A DNA stretch of 64,000 bases, taken from NCBI GenBank assembly GCA_902631405.1, contig CACOYI010000001.1, forward strand, positions 83,812 through 147,811. The letters run 5' to 3'. Shown one piece after another: positions 37,902 through 47,222 of the stretch. Position 1 is the stretch's first letter, and every line of letters begins with the position of its first letter. Source of the stretch: K189A clade bacterium (GTDB lineage: Bacteria; Pseudomonadota; Gammaproteobacteria; Pseudomonadales; Azotimanducaceae). Both the position numbers and the translations under genes were made by a program. A model generated the notes under the pieces. That model was not told where the DNA came from. It saw only the letters and a program-made list of their open reading frames with translations, and made no database searches.

Positions 37902-39140
37902 CTAGACTCTTTCTATTACGATCGCTGGAGCCATTCCGCCGCCGGTACACATGGTTACCAATCCAGTAGTGAGGTCTCTTCTCTCCAGCTCGTCCAGAAT
38001 GGTTCCGATAAGGATCGATCCTGTCGCAGCAATAGGATGCCCGAGGGCCATAGCGCCGCCATTCACATTCACTTTTAGGGGATCCAACTCTAGGTCTCTA
38101 AGGAATTTGGCGGCTACGACCGAAAAAGCCTCATTTATCTCAAAAAGGTCAATGTCACTTGTTGTCATGCCAGCTCTTTTAAGAGCTTTTCGAGCCGCGG
38201 GCACGGGTTCGTTCAGCATCAATGTGGGGTCACCACCAACCGTTGCCATAGCCTTAATTCTAGCCCGTGGTTTCCAACCTGCCTTATCTGCATAGTCTTT
38301 ACTGCTGAGGATCAATGCAGCGGCGCCATCTACAACTCCTGAGCTATTTCCGGCGTGGTGGACATGATTAATTTCGAGGTCCGGATATCGTCGAGCCACT
38401 AGCTCAGTGAAGGTTTCTCCTCCATCGTCCACTGGCGTCGGCATAAATTCTGAGAACACGGTTGGTAAGCTCGCCAGAGTATCAAGCGTTGTACCTGGTC
38501 TGGGAAATTCCTCTCTATCTAAAGCTATCGAGCCGTCTTCATTTCTTACGGTGATTAAGCTTCTATCGAACCTGCCCTCGGCTATCGCTTGTTGCGCTCT
38601 GTTTTGGCTCTCTACTGCAAGGGCGTCGAGCTCTTCTCTCGAGAATCCCTCTAGTGTCGCAATCAAATCCGCACAAATTCCTTGATGGGGTTGGGGATGT
38701 ATTTCTCTTAAGTGAAGATTCCCACCATCCACGGTTCTGTTATTTCGCTCGGATGTGAGAGTTGCGGTATAGGACATCATTTCAACGCCACCCGCAACGC
38801 AGAGATCATCCATTCCGCTCATGATATTCGCTGCAGCTAAATTGACAGAAGTAATGCCAGAGCCGCAGAAACGATCCAATGTGACGGCGGACGCTGAGGT
38901 GTCCCATCCCGCGTCGAGGGCAGCCATTCGTCCCACACAGGAGCCTTGCTTACCAACTTGTGAACTGCACCCGATGACGACGTCATCTATATCCTGGGTC
39001 ACGAGGTCGTTTCTTTTTTGTATCTCCTCCAAGACAGTTGCGAGGAGCCTCCCGGGGTGAAATTCGGACAAAGAGCCCTTCCCCAACTTTCCAATTCCTC
39101 TGGGGGTTCTAGCGGCATCTATGATGTAAGCTTCAGTCAT
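37902..39140 (-). CDS. Acetyl-CoA C-acyltransferase (thiolase)
   Basis: LDRFCGSG, NSSGVVDGA, EINEAF, GHP and TMCTGGG motifs. Confidence 0.94.
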   Translation of the reverse strand: MTEAYIIDAARTPRGIGKLGKGSLSEFHPGRLLATVLEEIQKRNDLVTQDIDDVVIGCSSQVGKQGSCVGRMAALDAGWDTSASAVTLDRFCGSGITSVNLAAANIMSGMDDLCVAGGVEMMSYTATLTSERNNRTVDGGNLHLREIHPQPHQGICADLIATLEGFSREELDALAVESQNRAQQAIAEGRFDRSLITVRNEDGSIALDREEFPRPGTTLDTLASLPTVFSEFMPTPVDDGGETFTELVARRYPDLEINHVHHAGNSSGVVDGAAALILSSKDYADKAGWKPRARIKAMATVGGDPTLMLNEPVPAARKALKRAGMTTSDIDLFEINEAFSVVAAKFLRDLELDPLKVNVNGGAMALGHPIAATGSILIGTILDELERRDLTTGLVTMCTGGGMAPAIVIERV

Positions 39141-39150
39141 TTTTTCTTCC

Positions 39151-39951
39151 TTATTTTCCTTTAAATTCTGCTTCACGCTTCTCCATGAACGAGGCCATTC
39201 CCTCCGCGAAGTCATCGGATTGGAATAGTGGTAGAAGTTGCAAGAAGACGTGATGCACGTGGTCGTTAAAATTTTCGTTCATACCCATTCGCATCATTCT
39301 TTTTGAGGCCTGAACCGCCAATGGTGCTCTGCTGCTTATTTGTCTTGCGATCTCCAGCGATTTCTCACCCACTTCATTGTTGTTAACCATATGAGAGACT
39401 AGGCCTAGCTCAAGACATTCTTCTGCAAGGAGAGTTTTGCCTGTAAAAATGATCTCACTCGCTTTCGCCCAGCCTATAAGCCTGGGAAGAATCCAAGTGC
39501 CTCCCGACTCGGGCACCACGCCTCGAGCAGTAAATGCCGCTGCGAGTTTGGCGCTATCCGCCATTACTCTTATATCGCAACCAAGAGCGAGATCCATGCC
39601 ATAGCCTGCTGCCGATCCGTTTATCGAGGCAATGGTTGGTGTATCGAGATTGTGAAGCACTGTCGGAGGGGTATTTTTAAGATCAAGAGTTACAGGGCTT
39701 TTTTTGTTGGTTGCTAGGTTGCTCGAGATATCGCTGCCACGGAGATCCAGTCCAGCGCAAAAAAACTTCCCGGATCCGGTGATCACGATTGCCCTGATCT
39801 CAGGATCTTCATCAGCCTTAAGCATTAGCTCAGAAAGTCTATTCAGCATGGGGCCTGAGATTGTGTTCTGCTTTTCTGCTCGATTGAATGTAATCGTCGC
39901 AACGTGCTGATCTATTTCATAGAGAACTTCGTTTTCCAGGTGGTTCGACAT
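39151..39951 (-). CDS. Enoyl-CoA hydratase/isomerase family protein
   Basis: FCAGLDL, INGSAAGYGMDL and VVPESGGTW motifs. Paralogue of 13814..14647. AGGAG RBS. Confidence 0.9.
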   Translation of the reverse strand: MSNHLENEVLYEIDQHVATITFNRAEKQNTISGPMLNRLSELMLKADEDPEIRAIVITGSGKFFCAGLDLRGSDISSNLATNKKSPVTLDLKNTPPTVLHNLDTPTIASINGSAAGYGMDLALGCDIRVMADSAKLAAAFTARGVVPESGGTWILPRLIGWAKASEIIFTGKTLLAEECLELGLVSHMVNNNEVGEKSLEIARQISSRAPLAVQASKRMMRMGMNENFNDHVHHVFLQLLPLFQSDDFAEGMASFMEKREAEFKGK

Positions 39952-39964
39952 GATATATCTCCTA

Positions 39965-40759
39965 TCAAGACTGTCTGTCTGGCATTTTCTCTTCGCTGAT
40001 TGCATAGCCAGCTTCAGGCGGAATACATAGGTAATTTCCATCTTCGCGCTTTTCAGTCCATGGCAGCACCGGTACTACTTCCTCTCGTTTGGACCTGCTA
40101 ATCGCATCGCTAACTGAGGCAGCCTCGCCAAGTTTCTCAATGTTGCGTAAAGTTGGAAAAATGATCGTTCTTTTGCCTTCCCTTTCTTGATCTATCGCGT
40201 CCCTGGGTGTTATCCAAACCGAGTCGACTGACTCATACCCATCATGCATTGCTAGTTGGTCCTCTGGTGCACGCGCGACGTAGAAATGAGTGTCAAATCT
40301 TTTCGGCATCATTGGGGGGGTTATCCAATGGGCGAAATGAGTAAGGCTTTCACAGGAGAGTGCCAAATTATTACTCTCCAAAAATTCATGAAGCGTCAAC
40401 TCCCCCTTGTTCAGTGGCTCTCTGTAAGATTGGAGTTCCGTCAATCTTTCTTGATTTATCATCTGTTGAGTGCGCATATCAGTTGCAAGTAGGATCCCAC
40501 ATTCTTCGAAGGCTTCTCTAATCGCGCTCACTTGGGCCGCTCTCATATCTTGATTAGCGTCATGGCCTGTCAAAAAAGGAACAAGAGCTTCATCGAAATC
40601 CTGTTCATCTGCCTTGCCTCCAGGAAAAACCAATGCTCCAGAAGCAAAATCGATCTGGTGATTTCGTACAACCATGAACACTTCCAATCCGTTTTTCCCA
40701 TCTCGAAGTAAAAGAATGGTTGCTGCGGGTTTTGGTCGTGGCGCGTCGTCACTCATCAT
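39965..40759 (-). CDS. NUDIX hydrolase (acyl-CoA diphosphatase-like)
   Basis: PAATILLLRD, VFPGG, AIREAFEECG and HWITP...RFDTHF motifs. Confidence 0.85.
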   Translation of the reverse strand: MMSDDAPRPKPAATILLLRDGKNGLEVFMVVRNHQIDFASGALVFPGGKADEQDFDEALVPFLTGHDANQDMRAAQVSAIREAFEECGILLATDMRTQQMINQERLTELQSYREPLNKGELTLHEFLESNNLALSCESLTHFAHWITPPMMPKRFDTHFYVARAPEDQLAMHDGYESVDSVWITPRDAIDQEREGKRTIIFPTLRNIEKLGEAASVSDAISRSKREEVVPVLPWTEKREDGNYLCIPPEAGYAISEEKMPDRQS

Positions 40760-40908
40760 ATTTCTCGAGTTATTCTTTAATGGTTCATGAAATGCTGCTC
40801 CTCCAAGACGAGCTTTACAGCTTTGGCCTCTTAGGCATTCCCCTAGGGAATCTTCGCTTATGTTATCCGGTATGGCAAACTGACTAAGAGGATATAAAAA
40901 GCTAATAA

Positions 40909-41319
40909 ATGGTTCGTATGTCAGTCATTGTTACATTGGGGGTCATCTCACTCTTTTGCTTTTTTTTGCTTTTTAACAGGCGCTCTCGTAGGAGGTGGTT
41001 TGAAAATCTTTCGTTGCCTGGCGAGTGGGTTGAGCAATTAGGTGATGACAAAGTAGGGGGGCGTATTCGATTTAGTGGCTCCTTAGAGAACGGCAAGTTT
41101 GAATTGGAGGATAAAGATGGCGAGCAGGAGCAAGTGGGCGATTGGGAGATTGTGAGATCAGATTTAATCCTAACGCCGGTAGGTGGTCCGGCTCGTCGAT
41201 GTGCCCTGAGATACTTTAAGCCAGGAGTCATAAGCTTGTCTGGCGAAAATGAAGTCTCGGTCCTCTATCACAAAGTTGGCAATAATGTGGTGAGTCTAAT
41301 CCCAGCTCCTCCAAAATGA
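40909..41319 (+). CDS. Hypothetical membrane-anchored protein
   Basis: N-terminal TM helix then a beta-rich soluble part. ATGA overlap with the next gene. Confidence 0.65.
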   Translation: MVRMSVIVTLGVISLFCFFLLFNRRSRRRWFENLSLPGEWVEQLGDDKVGGRIRFSGSLENGKFELEDKDGEQEQVGDWEIVRSDLILTPVGGPARRCALRYFKPGVISLSGENEVSVLYHKVGNNVVSLIPAPPK

Positions 41320-42218
41320 CAAAGATAAGTAATACCTCCTCCCATGAAGCGGATTGGAAATCTATTCTTCCCCAGTTTTTACTTCGAGGCTTAAATCTTT
41401 TGCCGCTGAGAGACCCAGTAACTTGGGATGAGCACTGTTCCGCAGTTTGGAAAAGGGACAAGTTTGGAGGCTGGTTAGAAAGCGCGGACCGCCTACCTTC
41501 AATAAGACTCGCTCAGCTACTTAATGTTGAAAGGCAGAAAATAGCTTTGGTGCGCAACGTGAATAATTTTTTACAAGGTCTGCCGTCAAATAATGTCCTA
41601 CTTTGGGGCGGGAGGGGGACTGGAAAATCTTCAATGATTCTCTCGCTCTTACCAGAGTTTTCAGAGAGAGGGCTTAGGCTTTTGGAAGTGAAGAAGGATG
41701 GTCTTGAGGATCTGCCGGAGATACTTCGGTCAGTAAACCACGAGCCTTACAAATTTATTGTCTATCTTGATGATTTGTCCTTCGACAGTGGGGACAGTTC
41801 CTACAAAGTTCTGAAGAGTCACTTGGAAGGATCAACGGTTGAACAAGACCAAAACATTATGTTTTGTGCGACTTCTAACCGCCGACATCTGTTACCTGAA
41901 TATGGATCTGATAATCAAGCGACAGGAATAATCGAGAATGAATTGCACGAAAGTGAGGTGGTAGAAGAAAAGATTTCTCTTTCTGACCGCTTTGGGCTTT
42001 GGCTCTCCTTTCATCCTTTTCGTCAGGAAGCTTTTTTGGATATCGTAACGTACTGGATAAACGAACTTTCCAGACACGATTTTGCCAGAGTCCGACCGAT
42101 CTCTTCAGTCGCCAAAAGCGATTATGAGCAAGAAGCCTTAGCTTGGGCGAGGAGTAGGGGTAATCGAAGCGGCCGAACAGCCAAACAGTTTGCTATCGAC
42201 TGGCTAGGGAGAAGCTAA
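41316..42218 (+). CDS. AAA+ ATPase, DUF815 family
   Basis: Walker A GGRGTGKS, Walker B YLDDLSF, ATSNRRHL, EEKISLSDRFG and RSGRTA motifs. Confidence 0.88.
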   Translation: MTKISNTSSHEADWKSILPQFLLRGLNLLPLRDPVTWDEHCSAVWKRDKFGGWLESADRLPSIRLAQLLNVERQKIALVRNVNNFLQGLPSNNVLLWGGRGTGKSSMILSLLPEFSERGLRLLEVKKDGLEDLPEILRSVNHEPYKFIVYLDDLSFDSGDSSYKVLKSHLEGSTVEQDQNIMFCATSNRRHLLPEYGSDNQATGIIENELHESEVVEEKISLSDRFGLWLSFHPFRQEAFLDIVTYWINELSRHDFARVRPISSVAKSDYEQEALAWARSRGNRSGRTAKQFAIDWLGRS

Positions 42219-42270
42219 TGCCCGAGAAGTTTACGAGGAATGATTCGGTCAGTCTGGTGCGGCGAGAGTT

Positions 42271-43284
42271 TTGACGCATAAGCTTTCCAACTTTCTTTTT
42301 CTAATAGTTGCACTGATTTCTGGTAGAGCCTTAGTGGCTGATTCAGTCACGCTCTCAAATGGGGATTCCATCACGGGATCACTCGTCGCGATTAAGGACA
42401 ACAAGCTACTTTTCGACGCGGCGCTGTTCGGACGGCTCGAGGTTGACCAACGTTTTGTGAAGACTCTAGAAACGGAGAAAACTTATACGGTTTATATTTC
42501 GCAACAAGAGAAACGAGGCATTTTCGAAGCAGGGGATGGGGTCAACTATTTGAGAGTTGGTGACCAGATATCTGCGATAGAAATTGGTGCTGTAGAATCG
42601 GCGGAACCAGCTAAAAGATTGATACAAGTCCTGCCTTTGGACTTACGGTCTCGCCTTGATTTGGCGCTAGTTTTTTCTTCTGGAAATTCAACTACCGAAA
42701 ATTTCAATGCCTTAGGGGAGTCTAAGCTAAGGCAAAAGAATGGTGAGCACAAAGCTACTTTCTTACGAAATACGGAAAAGGTTGAGGACATCACGAGCAA
42801 GGATTTGGTGGACGTGTCTTATGGCTACAAGCGGTTTTTTTCTCCAGTTTGGTATGCGTCGTTAAATACTAATTTTTTCAGAGATGAGCTTAAGGATATT
42901 GATCAGAGGCTAACGCTGAGCGCCGGAGCTGGCTACCAGGTCTTCAATACCTCTAGCTCAGCATTATCTACTGAACTAGGTTTGAGTTCGGTCCAGGAGC
43001 GTCTTGCTGGAGAAAATAAGTCGAGTCCAGCACTGCGGTGGGGTATCGATTTCCAACGATATTTTCTCGATCGTAAAGCCGAGGCTTTTTACAGACAATC
43101 TTTACTGGCCATCGCGGAGGAGGGCAGAGGACAGGTAATTACTAGCTCTACTGGCTTGAGATACGCCTTAAGTGATCGCGTTGATGCAGCTCTGAGAGCT
43201 GATTTGAACTACGAAACTAATCCACCTATTGGTGCGGAGAGTATCGACCTCACTTATTCCTTAGGCGTTGGGATACGATTCTAG
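42271..43284 (+). CDS. DUF481/YdiY-like outer-membrane beta-barrel protein
   Basis: Signal peptide, D.V.L.NGD.ITG N-domain, SGNS, GAGYQ and a terminal F. Confidence 0.8.
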   Translation: MTHKLSNFLFLIVALISGRALVADSVTLSNGDSITGSLVAIKDNKLLFDAALFGRLEVDQRFVKTLETEKTYTVYISQQEKRGIFEAGDGVNYLRVGDQISAIEIGAVESAEPAKRLIQVLPLDLRSRLDLALVFSSGNSTTENFNALGESKLRQKNGEHKATFLRNTEKVEDITSKDLVDVSYGYKRFFSPVWYASLNTNFFRDELKDIDQRLTLSAGAGYQVFNTSSSALSTELGLSSVQERLAGENKSSPALRWGIDFQRYFLDRKAEAFYRQSLLAIAEEGRGQVITSSTGLRYALSDRVDAALRADLNYETNPPIGAESIDLTYSLGVGIRF

Positions 43285-43311
43285 AATATGCAGGGGTAAA
43301 TTATGGTCCAC

Positions 43312-43340
43312 TTGACTGTGCTATCCTGGCTACCTAGAAT
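43312..43340 (+). promoter_or_regulatory. Sigma70 promoter of tRNA-Glu
   Basis: TTGACT (43312-43317), 17 bp spacer, TAGAAT (43335-43340). Confidence 0.7.
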
Positions 43341-43395
43341 TTCGCCTTTCCGGGAGCTTTAATGACGTTTGGATAAACCTCCCGCAAAAAGTTTA

Positions 43396-43471
<76 letters not shown>

Positions 43472-43481
43472 TTCTTTCCAA

Positions 43482-44135
43482 TTATAAGTTCAGGGCGTTC
43501 GATCTTTTATAGAGAACTGTAGCCTGGGTTTCTATTAGTGAAGTCGGCCTTGGGCCAAAAAAAGGTAGGGCTTTAAATCCAGAATCCTTTAGCTCTAGAA
43601 TCTTTGCTGCGATTTCCTCTCGATGCGAATCGTCCACAATCATTACACCTCGTTCGGTGAGCGAGTTCTTGGCAGCTTCAATGCAGGCGCTGCGATCGAG
43701 TCCATCAATCAGGATTAAATCGAATTTTGAAAACCTAGAGGGGGCTTCGATATAACTTTGGCCTTTGTTTTGGAATTGCAAAACCACGTTGTCGGGCATT
43801 GCCGTTTTTAGCGTCTCAACCCAAGCCTCTACATGCTCAATGCTTACAACGGTCTCGACGCGATCAGCGAAATAGAGGGTTGAATAGCCCGCACCATATT
43901 CGAAAACTCTCATTTCGTTCGTTACTCTCTCGTCCAGAATTCGAATTAAACTGTATGGTAGCCAAGGGAGAGGGTTGCCAGCAAAGTCAACAGGCCTATT
44001 TTCTTTGTAAGACCGAAGCAAACCGCTACTCCTGACAAAGGATTGGGGGTGAAAGCCGAGTCGTAGAAATCTGAGCAAGGCGCTTATTGCCGATCTTTTT
44101 TTTCCCGGAAGTGTTATTTTGTTGGTGTTTGTCAT
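43482..44135 (-). CDS. Class I SAM-dependent methyltransferase
   Basis: VFEYGAGYST, FDLILIDG and MIVDDS motifs. Confidence 0.8.
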   Translation of the reverse strand: MTNTNKITLPGKKRSAISALLRFLRLGFHPQSFVRSSGLLRSYKENRPVDFAGNPLPWLPYSLIRILDERVTNEMRVFEYGAGYSTLYFADRVETVVSIEHVEAWVETLKTAMPDNVVLQFQNKGQSYIEAPSRFSKFDLILIDGLDRSACIEAAKNSLTERGVMIVDDSHREEIAAKILELKDSGFKALPFFGPRPTSLIETQATVLYKRSNALNL

Positions 44136-44263
44136 TAGGATCGCTTACATATCAACATCGTATTTCTGCCCTCTTTAATTTGCTTTATTTTGGACAGATT
44201 ACAAAGAAAACGTAAACTGAGTTATGTTGTTGGGGCGGTTTTTTTTCTGAAAGAGGGGCACAG

Positions 44264-45898
44264 GTGAAAGGTGATCAATCGAAAGCCGAATTTGACGCGG
44301 TTATAGTCGGAGCAGGATTTTCTGGCATGTATATGCTTTACAAACTCAGGAATCAGGGATTCTCGGTAAAAGTATTGGAGTCCGGTGATGATGTAGGTGG
44401 TACATGGTATTGGAATAGATACCCGGGCGCACGGTGTGATGTTCCGAGTATGGAATACTCCTTCAGTTTCTCCGAGGAATTGCAAAGTGAATGGGCGTGG
44501 TCGGAGGTCATGGCTGGTCAACCTGAAATACTAGATTATGCCAACCACATAGCGGACAGATTCGATCTACGTCAAGATATCCAGTTCAATACCAAAGTAA
44601 CCTCTGCGCGCTTTGATGAGGAAATAGGGGTTTGGACGGTTTCGACGGAAAGTGGCGAAGACTTCACTGGTAGGTTTTGCGTCATGGCAACAGGTTGTCT
44701 CTCCGTACCCAACACGCCTGTAATCGAGGGCGCTGATCAGTTTAGTGGGGATATCTTTCATACAGGATTCTGGCCTAAGGATGGGGTAGACTTCTCAAAA
44801 AGGAGAGTTGGGATAATTGGCACAGGGTCTTCTGGGATTCAAGCCATTCCTGTGATAGCCGAAACCGCCGAGCATTTGACGGTCTTTCAGCGTACCCCGA
44901 ATTACACGATGCCTGCCTACAATAAACCTCTTACAGAAGAGTTTCGGCAGAAAGCGATATCGAATTATCCCGAAATTAGGAGAGAGCAGCGCGAATCGAT
45001 AGCGGGTATTGTGGGCTATGGGTTTGGTTTTGGGGGGGCAGAGAATATCGAACCAGAAGATCAAATCCTAAACACGACGGCCGAGGAAAGGGAAAAACTG
45101 GTGGAAGCTGAGGGTTTCGGCGCAATTCGGAGATACCTAGACGTTCAAATAGATGCGGAAGCAAATGAGCTCGCGTGTGAGATGTATCGTTCGCAGGTAT
45201 CAAAGGTCATAAAAGATCCGAAAGTGGCAGAAAAGTTAATGCCGAGGGGTTATCCAATAGGATGTAAGCGTCCTGTAATCGACACGAATTATTATGAGAC
45301 CTTCAACAAACAAAACGTGACCTTGGTAGATTTGCGTCAAGGTGGAATTGAACGGATAGCAGCTAATGGAGTGCAGACCGCACAGGGTTTTTACGAATTC
45401 GACACCCTGATTTATGCGACTGGATTTGATGCGATGACAGGGGCCTTAGAGCGCATAAATATTGAGGGAAGGGCGGGCTGTAAGCTGAAGGACTATTGGG
45501 CTGCTGGGCCGAGGACCTATTTGGGGCTTCAGGTTAGTGGCTTTCCCAACTTCTTCACTATTACCGGTCCAGGCTCGCCTTCGGTGCTTAGCAATATGCT
45601 TGTGTCAATTGAACAACATGTCGATTGGCTCGCGGAGCTCATTACCTATATGACGGAACATCAGTACAGTACAATTGAGACGTCTTCAGCAGTTGAAGAC
45701 GAATGGATAGCTCATGTGAATGAAGTTGCTCAAGGAACTATGTTTACTGCGAAAAGTTGTAACTCCTGGTACCTCGGAGCCAACATTCCTGGCAAACCCA
45801 GGATATTCATGCCCTATGTTGGCGGGGTTGGGGAGTATAGGAAGAAGTGTAACGAGGTTGCTGCGGCCGGATACGAGGGTTTCTCGCTAAGGGCTTAA
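44264..45898 (+). CDS. Type I Baeyer-Villiger monooxygenase
   Basis: VGAGFSG, GGTWYWNRYPG, fingerprint FxGxxxHxxxWP (FSGDIFHTGFWP) and GTGSSG. Confidence 0.94.
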   Translation: MKGDQSKAEFDAVIVGAGFSGMYMLYKLRNQGFSVKVLESGDDVGGTWYWNRYPGARCDVPSMEYSFSFSEELQSEWAWSEVMAGQPEILDYANHIADRFDLRQDIQFNTKVTSARFDEEIGVWTVSTESGEDFTGRFCVMATGCLSVPNTPVIEGADQFSGDIFHTGFWPKDGVDFSKRRVGIIGTGSSGIQAIPVIAETAEHLTVFQRTPNYTMPAYNKPLTEEFRQKAISNYPEIRREQRESIAGIVGYGFGFGGAENIEPEDQILNTTAEEREKLVEAEGFGAIRRYLDVQIDAEANELACEMYRSQVSKVIKDPKVAEKLMPRGYPIGCKRPVIDTNYYETFNKQNVTLVDLRQGGIERIAANGVQTAQGFYEFDTLIYATGFDAMTGALERINIEGRAGCKLKDYWAAGPRTYLGLQVSGFPNFFTITGPGSPSVLSNMLVSIEQHVDWLAELITYMTEHQYSTIETSSAVEDEWIAHVNEVAQGTMFTAKSCNSWYLGANIPGKPRIFMPYVGGVGEYRKKCNEVAAAGYEGFSLRA

Positions 45899-45978
45899 CC
45901 GTCATTGTCTAGCACCAACGCCGGGTAGACTTTGAAGCAGTGAGTTAGTTTTTCTCATAATCGATATAAGGTTTTTTA

Positions 45979-47205
45979 TTGCGCCCTAAGTACATCTATC
46001 TGATGGCGACTTCCTTTTGGTATATGTCTTGGGGCATACAATCGGTAGTTTTCGCCTGGCTTATAACTATGGTAATGCGAGAGCCTGCTGAGAGAGTCGG
46101 AACCGCCCAAATGGCACTGTTATTACCGGGGACCTTACTGATATTAATCGCAGGGGCGACCGCAGATCGAGTAGGTCTTCTAAAACAAGCCGTCACTGCC
46201 CAGCTTTTAGCCGCGATATTCCCTTGTCTCTTAGCGTTAGCGCTGTTCTTTGGTATGCAAAGTTTTGGGTTGATGATCGTGTACGCTTTATTTATGGGCT
46301 GTTTTTCAGCTTTCCTAACCCCAGCGAGAGACGGTTTGCTCTCATATGTGGCAGATGGAGATGTCCAGAAAACAGTGATGCAGGCGACATTGTGTCAATT
46401 TGGCTTTCAGATAATCGGCTACTCCTTGGCTGGTTTTGCGGATCAGCTAGGGGCTGAGATTGTGCTAATCGCGCAGGGCTTCTTCCTTTTACTTGGAGTA
46501 GCAGCATATTCTCAGCTAAATATAGGCACAAAAAATCCAACGGAAATCTCTAGAGGCGGCGAGAGCAAGGGCATGCTGCTTAGTCTCAGAGAGGGAGCTG
46601 GAACGGTAATTAGAAATCCTTTAATGAGAATTATCGTTGTTCAAAATATCGCGATGGGGTGTTTCTTTATGGGCGCATTTATCGTCTGTTTTCCTCTCGT
46701 CATAAGAGAGGTTTACGACGGCTCGTCTTCAGACCTGGCGTTGATGAGTGCCTTTAATTCTCTTGGTTTGGTTGTAACAGTTCTGGTGCTACTGCGAGTG
46801 GGGTTCGTCGCCCGAGCGGGGAAGGCACTGATATTGGCTCAAATTTTTGGTTCCCTGGTCTTATTCCTTGCTGGTTGGGTCGAGGATTTGGCTCTCTTTA
46901 TTTTTCTTGTCTTTGTATGGGGTATTTGTGGTGGCACCTCGATGCCAATGTCTAGAACGTTGATGCAACAATTGGCTCCGCCAGAACAGGTTGCTAGGGT
47001 GATGAGTTTTTACGCTTTTTCCTTTATGGGGGCTGGTCCTGTAGGTGCTTTGTTTTGTGGCTATATGTCAGAGTACATAGGTCCACAGGCTACCATTATG
47101 CTTTGTGCGGTAATGATGTTTTTAATTGTCTTGTTGCTTACTGCTCTTAGTCCCCTTTGGACGAGCAAATTAGAGAAGCATTCAGAACCGTTGGTGGCGT
47201 CTTAG
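45979..47205 (+). CDS. MFS transporter
   Basis: About 12 TM segments, GATADRVG motif A. Paralogue of 35212..36459. Confidence 0.87.
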   Translation: MRPKYIYLMATSFWYMSWGIQSVVFAWLITMVMREPAERVGTAQMALLLPGTLLILIAGATADRVGLLKQAVTAQLLAAIFPCLLALALFFGMQSFGLMIVYALFMGCFSAFLTPARDGLLSYVADGDVQKTVMQATLCQFGFQIIGYSLAGFADQLGAEIVLIAQGFFLLLGVAAYSQLNIGTKNPTEISRGGESKGMLLSLREGAGTVIRNPLMRIIVVQNIAMGCFFMGAFIVCFPLVIREVYDGSSSDLALMSAFNSLGLVVTVLVLLRVGFVARAGKALILAQIFGSLVLFLAGWVEDLALFIFLVFVWGICGGTSMPMSRTLMQQLAPPEQVARVMSFYAFSFMGAGPVGALFCGYMSEYIGPQATIMLCAVMMFLIVLLLTALSPLWTSKLEKHSEPLVAS

Positions 47206-47222
47206 ACTCTCTTGCCTATGGA

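Noticed and set aside
40837-40851. ATTCCCCTAGGGAAT palindrome sharing TCCCCTAGGG with the tRNA-Glu 3' end, as a possible att site
   Set aside because: Only 10 bp match, it lies upstream of the tRNA, and there is no integrase. Probably chance or a local operator.
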